Positions 61,058-64,000 of a stretch of DNA of 64,000 bases are shown piece after piece. Every line of letters begins with the position of its first letter. Position 1 is the first letter of the stretch. The stretch comes from Candidatus Sulfotelmatobacter sp. (GTDB lineage Bacteria; Acidobacteriota; Terriglobia; Terriglobales; Acidobacteriaceae), in contig JASHPL010000454.1 of assembly GCA_030038125.1 (NCBI GenBank), positions 2,261 through 66,260 on the forward strand, in the 5' to 3' direction. The notes under the pieces were generated by a model that worked only from the letters and a program-made list of their open reading frames with translations, made no database searches and was not told the origin of the DNA. Both the position numbers and the translations under genes were made by a program.

Positions 61058-64000
61058 ATGTGGATTGTTGCCTTAGCTCTCCGGCGTCCTTACACATTCA
61101 TTGTGATGGCGCTCGTCATTATCATTCTGACGCCGATCACGATCCTGCGAACCCCCACAGACATTTTCCCCAATATTAATATTCCTGTCGTCTCGGTCCT
61201 CTGGTTCTATCAGGGAATGTCGCCGCTGGATATGGCTGATCGCATCGTGGCCAATTCCGAGCGCGGAATTACCACCACCGTCAACAACATCGAGCACATG
61301 GAGTCTCAGTCGGTCTATGGACTGGGAGTGATCAAGATTTATTTTCGCCCAGGGACAGACGTGAACGGAGCCGTGGCTCAGATCACGGCGATTTGCCAGA
61401 CCACGGTGCGCGGCTTGCCTCCCGGCACGACCCCGCCGCTGGTCATCAGCTATAGCGCCTCGACCACGCCCATTATTCAGCTTGGGCTGAGCAGTAAGAC
61501 GCTGGCCGAGCAGGAACTTTTCGATCTGGGCCAGAATTTCCTGCGCACCTTCCTGGCGACCGTGCCGGGAGCGGCCACGCCTTACCCTTACGGCGGAAAG
61601 ATTCGCCAGATTCAAGTAGATCTGGACCTGCCGAAGTTGCAGGCCTACGGGCTTTCTCCCAACGACATTGTCAATGCTGTTAATGCGCAGAACATTATTC
61701 TTCCCACGGGCACGATCAAGATGGGGCCGATCGAATATGACGTGGAGATGAATGGAACGCCCGAGACGATCGCCGAGTTAAATGATCTGCCGGTGAAGAC
61801 GGTGAATGGGGCCACGCTTTACATGCGGGATGTGGCCCACATTCGCGACGGTTTCGCTCCGCAAACCAACATTGTGCGGCAGGACGGAAATCGCGGCGCG
61901 CTGATGTCGATTTACAAGAACGGTAACGCCTCGACGCTGCAAATTGTTGCCGGCATAAAAAGCATCGTGAAGCTGGCGGCACAGTCGTTGCCGCCGGAGT
62001 TGAAGATCACGTCCCTCTTTGACCAGTCGCTATTTGTACGGGCGTCGATTGAGGGAGTGTTGCGGGAAGGCATCATTGCGGCAGCACTCACCGCGTGCAT
62101 GATCCTGATTTTTCTGGGCGATTGGCGGCCTACGATCGTTATTTCGATTTCCATTCCGCTCTCGATTTTTGTGTCGGTCATTCTGCTGGGAGCGATTGGT
62201 GAAACGATCAACATCATGACGCTGGGTGGGCTGGCGCTGGCGGTGGGCATTCTGGTCGACGATGCCACGGTGGAAATTGAGAACATCGAACGAAACCTGG
62301 CGATGGGCAAAGAGATGCGGCAGGCCATTCTGGATGGAGCGCAGCAAATTGCCGTTCCAGCCTTTGTCTCGACCTTGAGCATCTGCATCGTATTTGTGCC
62401 TATGTTCTTTTTGACGGGCGTGGCGAAATTTCTGTTCGTGCCGCTGGCCGAGGCCGTGAGCTTTGCGATGTTGGCCAGCTATCTTCTCTCCAGAACGCTG
62501 ATTCCCACGCTGGTGATGTACATCATGAGAGGTCACGAACACCGCGCTGAGGCTCCCAAATCAGTTCTGGGCCGTTTTCAGCGCGGCTTTGAGCGTAAAT
62601 TCGAAGACTTTCGCCGGGGCTACGAAGCCTTGCTTGAAACCACGCTGGAGCACAAAGGTGTTTTCGTAATCTGCTTTGTGATCTTCTGCGTGCTTTCGCT
62701 TGGACTGTATGCATTCCTGGGAGAAGATTTCTTTCCGCAGGTGGACGCGGGCTTGCTGCGGCTCCATATCCGGGCGCGCCCTGGATTGCGAGTCGAGGAA
62801 ACAGCGCGGCTGTGCGATGAGATTGAAGCCGCGCTCCGTTCGCAGATTCCTCCCGGCCAATTGCAGACAATTCTGGACAACCTTGGGCTGCCAAACTCAG
62901 GCATCAATCAGTCTTACAGTTCGAACGGAACCATTGGCAGCAGTGATGCTGAAATTCTGATCGCGCTTGATCCCGAGTACCATGTGCCTACGGCGGATCT
63001 GATGAGGCATCTGCGCGAGTACCTGCCGCGGCATTTCCCCAGCGTGGAGTTTTTCTTCCAGCCCGCCGATATCGTTACGCAAATCTTGAACTTCGGTCTG
63101 CCCGCTCCGATCGACGTGCAGGTTGTAGGCACGAATATGCAGAGTAATTATGCGATTGCGCAGCAAATCGCGAATAAAATGCGCCACATTCCCGGCGCCG
63201 CCGACGTGCACGTGCAACAGCTGCTTTCGCTGCCGTCGCTATACATGGATATCCAACGCACACGAGCTACTCAAGTAGGACTCTCGGCGGGTCAGGTCGC
63301 CCAGAATGCCCTGGTTTCACTAAGCGGCAGCTTTCAGACGGCGCCGAATTTCTGGCTCAATCCGCGGAACGAAGTGACCTACATGATCGCGGTGCAATCG
63401 CCGCAATATCGGATGACCAATCTGCAGGATCTGTTGAATATTCCTGTCGTGTCGCAGCAGGGACCACAGCTGATGGGGAATCTGGTGCAAATCACGCCGA
63501 CGGTGCGGCCGGCGACGGTGAATCACTACAACGTGCAACCCGTGATCGACGTTTATGCGGGCACGCAGGATCGCGATCTGGGCGCAGTCGCAGCAGATAC
63601 GGACAAGGTGCTGAAAACTTTTGATGGACATTTGCCGCGCGGCACGCACATCGTGGTTCGCGGGCAAGTGGCCACCATGCGCTCGTCGTTTATCGGGCTG
63701 GGCGGGGGATTGGTTGGCGCCATCGTGCTGGTCTACCTGCTAATCGTAATCAATTTCCAGTCCTGGCTGGACCCTTTCATCATCATTGCAGCGCTGCCCG
63801 GGGCGCTCGCGGGAATCTGCTGGTTCCTGCTGCTCACCCATACAACGTTGAGCGTACCCTCGCTGACCGGCGCGGTGATGTGCATGGGCGTGGCAACGGC
63901 AAATTCCATCTTGATGGTGAGCTTTGCCCGCGAGCAGATGGACGAAGGTGTTCCTGCGCTGCGTGCGGCCGTGGCCGCCGGTTATACGCGCATACGGCCG
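61058..64000 (+). CDS. RND efflux transporter permease (AcrB/AcrD/AcrF family), 3'-truncated by the window end
   Basis: Absent from the ORF track because no stop is reached. Translating from the ATG at 61058 gives 'MWIVALALRRPYTFIVMALVIIILTPITILRTPTDIFPNINIPVVSVLWFYQGMSP...'. The same frame is still open at 64000 ('...VMCMGVATANSILMVSFAREQMDEG...AAGYTRIRP'). Confidence 0.9.
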   Translation, partial: MWIVALALRRPYTFIVMALVIIILTPITILRTPTDIFPNINIPVVSVLWFYQGMSPLDMADRIVANSERGITTTVNNIEHMESQSVYGLGVIKIYFRPGTDVNGAVAQITAICQTTVRGLPPGTTPPLVISYSASTTPIIQLGLSSKTLAEQELFDLGQNFLRTFLATVPGAATPYPYGGKIRQIQVDLDLPKLQAYGLSPNDIVNAVNAQNIILPTGTIKMGPIEYDVEMNGTPETIAELNDLPVKTVNGATLYMRDVAHIRDGFAPQTNIVRQDGNRGALMSIYKNGNASTLQIVAGIKSIVKLAAQSLPPELKITSLFDQSLFVRASIEGVLREGIIAAALTACMILIFLGDWRPTIVISISIPLSIFVSVILLGAIGETINIMTLGGLALAVGILVDDATVEIENIERNLAMGKEMRQAILDGAQQIAVPAFVSTLSICIVFVPMFFLTGVAKFLFVPLAEAVSFAMLASYLLSRTLIPTLVMYIMRGHEHRAEAPKSVLGRFQRGFERKFEDFRRGYEALLETTLEHKGVFVICFVIFCVLSLGLYAFLGEDFFPQVDAGLLRLHIRARPGLRVEETARLCDEIEAALRSQIPPGQLQTILDNLGLPNSGINQSYSSNGTIGSSDAEILIALDPEYHVPTADLMRHLREYLPRHFPSVEFFFQPADIVTQILNFGLPAPIDVQVVGTNMQSNYAIAQQIANKMRHIPGAADVHVQQLLSLPSLYMDIQRTRATQVGLSAGQVAQNALVSLSGSFQTAPNFWLNPRNEVTYMIAVQSPQYRMTNLQDLLNIPVVSQQGPQLMGNLVQITPTVRPATVNHYNVQPVIDVYAGTQDRDLGAVAADTDKVLKTFDGHLPRGTHIVVRGQVATMRSSFIGLGGGLVGAIVLVYLLIVINFQSWLDPFIIIAALPGALAGICWFLLLTHTTLSVPSLTGAVMCMGVATANSILMVSFAREQMDEGVPALRAAVAAGYTRIRP

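Noticed and set aside
61073-63667. A series of minus-strand ORFs (61073-61615, 61912-62388, 62030-62542, 62897-63217, 63320-63667 and others) in a region where the track shows no plus-strand ORF.
   Set aside because: The plus strand encodes a continuous AcrB-type RND protein from ATG 61058 to the window end. It is missing from the track only because it has no stop. The minus-strand ORFs are antisense artefacts.
1-64000. Search for CRISPR arrays, transposases, integrases, phage genes, toxin-antitoxin pairs or known defence-system components.
   Set aside because: By eye I found no direct-repeat/spacer arrays, no DDE or tyrosine/serine recombinase-like ORFs, no nuclease/ATPase defence-type genes and no abrupt composition shift. 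The window looks like core chromosome.

Overview
64-kb high-GC chromosomal segment. The gene content looks Acidobacteriota-like (my inference): a CarboxypepD_reg-type TonB-dependent receptor, two ASPIC/UnbV (CRTAC1-like) FG-GAP proteins and many TPR proteins. I call about 45 protein genes. I saw no rRNA, tRNA, CRISPR array, transposase, integrase or recognisable defence gene. Layout: (1) 0.4-16.6 kb, an envelope island of a membrane-anchored regulator, a TonB-dependent receptor and a 4-gene secreted heme/thioredoxin-fold/copper-monooxygenase-like/TPR operon, bracketed by two inverted CRTAC1-like paralogs. (2) 16.6-26.4 kb, a translationally coupled outer-membrane biogenesis operon (bamA, SurA_N-like, tamB), followed by pcm and a UbiA-type prenyltransferase. 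(3) 26.5-33.6 kb, an orphan ThiF-type E1, a CslA-like processive GT2 divergent from a PilZ-like coiled-coil protein, a glutaredoxin-like protein, an EamA transporter with no canonical start codon, and galK. (4) 33.8-45.8 kb, an apparently complete purine-to-glyoxylate catabolic supercluster: adenosine and guanine deaminases, 3-subunit xanthine dehydrogenase, PuuD-like membrane urate oxidase, HIU hydrolase, OHCU decarboxylase fused to the XDH FAD subunit, allantoinase, and two M20 amidohydrolases around a ureidoglycine aminohydrolase. (5) 46.1-50.7 kb, a GldA/F/G-type ABC system plus DUF4340. (6) 51.1-56.8 kb, a Hyb-type (small-FeS-membrane-large-protease) [NiFe] hydrogenase operon. (7) 57-64 kb, a membrane metallophosphoesterase, an MscS-family channel, a TetR regulator and a truncated RND pump. 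The best candidates for undescribed biology are the heme/copper/TPR operon at 7.7-12.9 kb, the GT2/PilZ pair with a terminator-like leader hairpin, and the XDH-FAD::OHCU decarboxylase fusion together with a cytochrome-less PuuD homolog. All calls come from reading the translations and sequence by eye. No database search was run.
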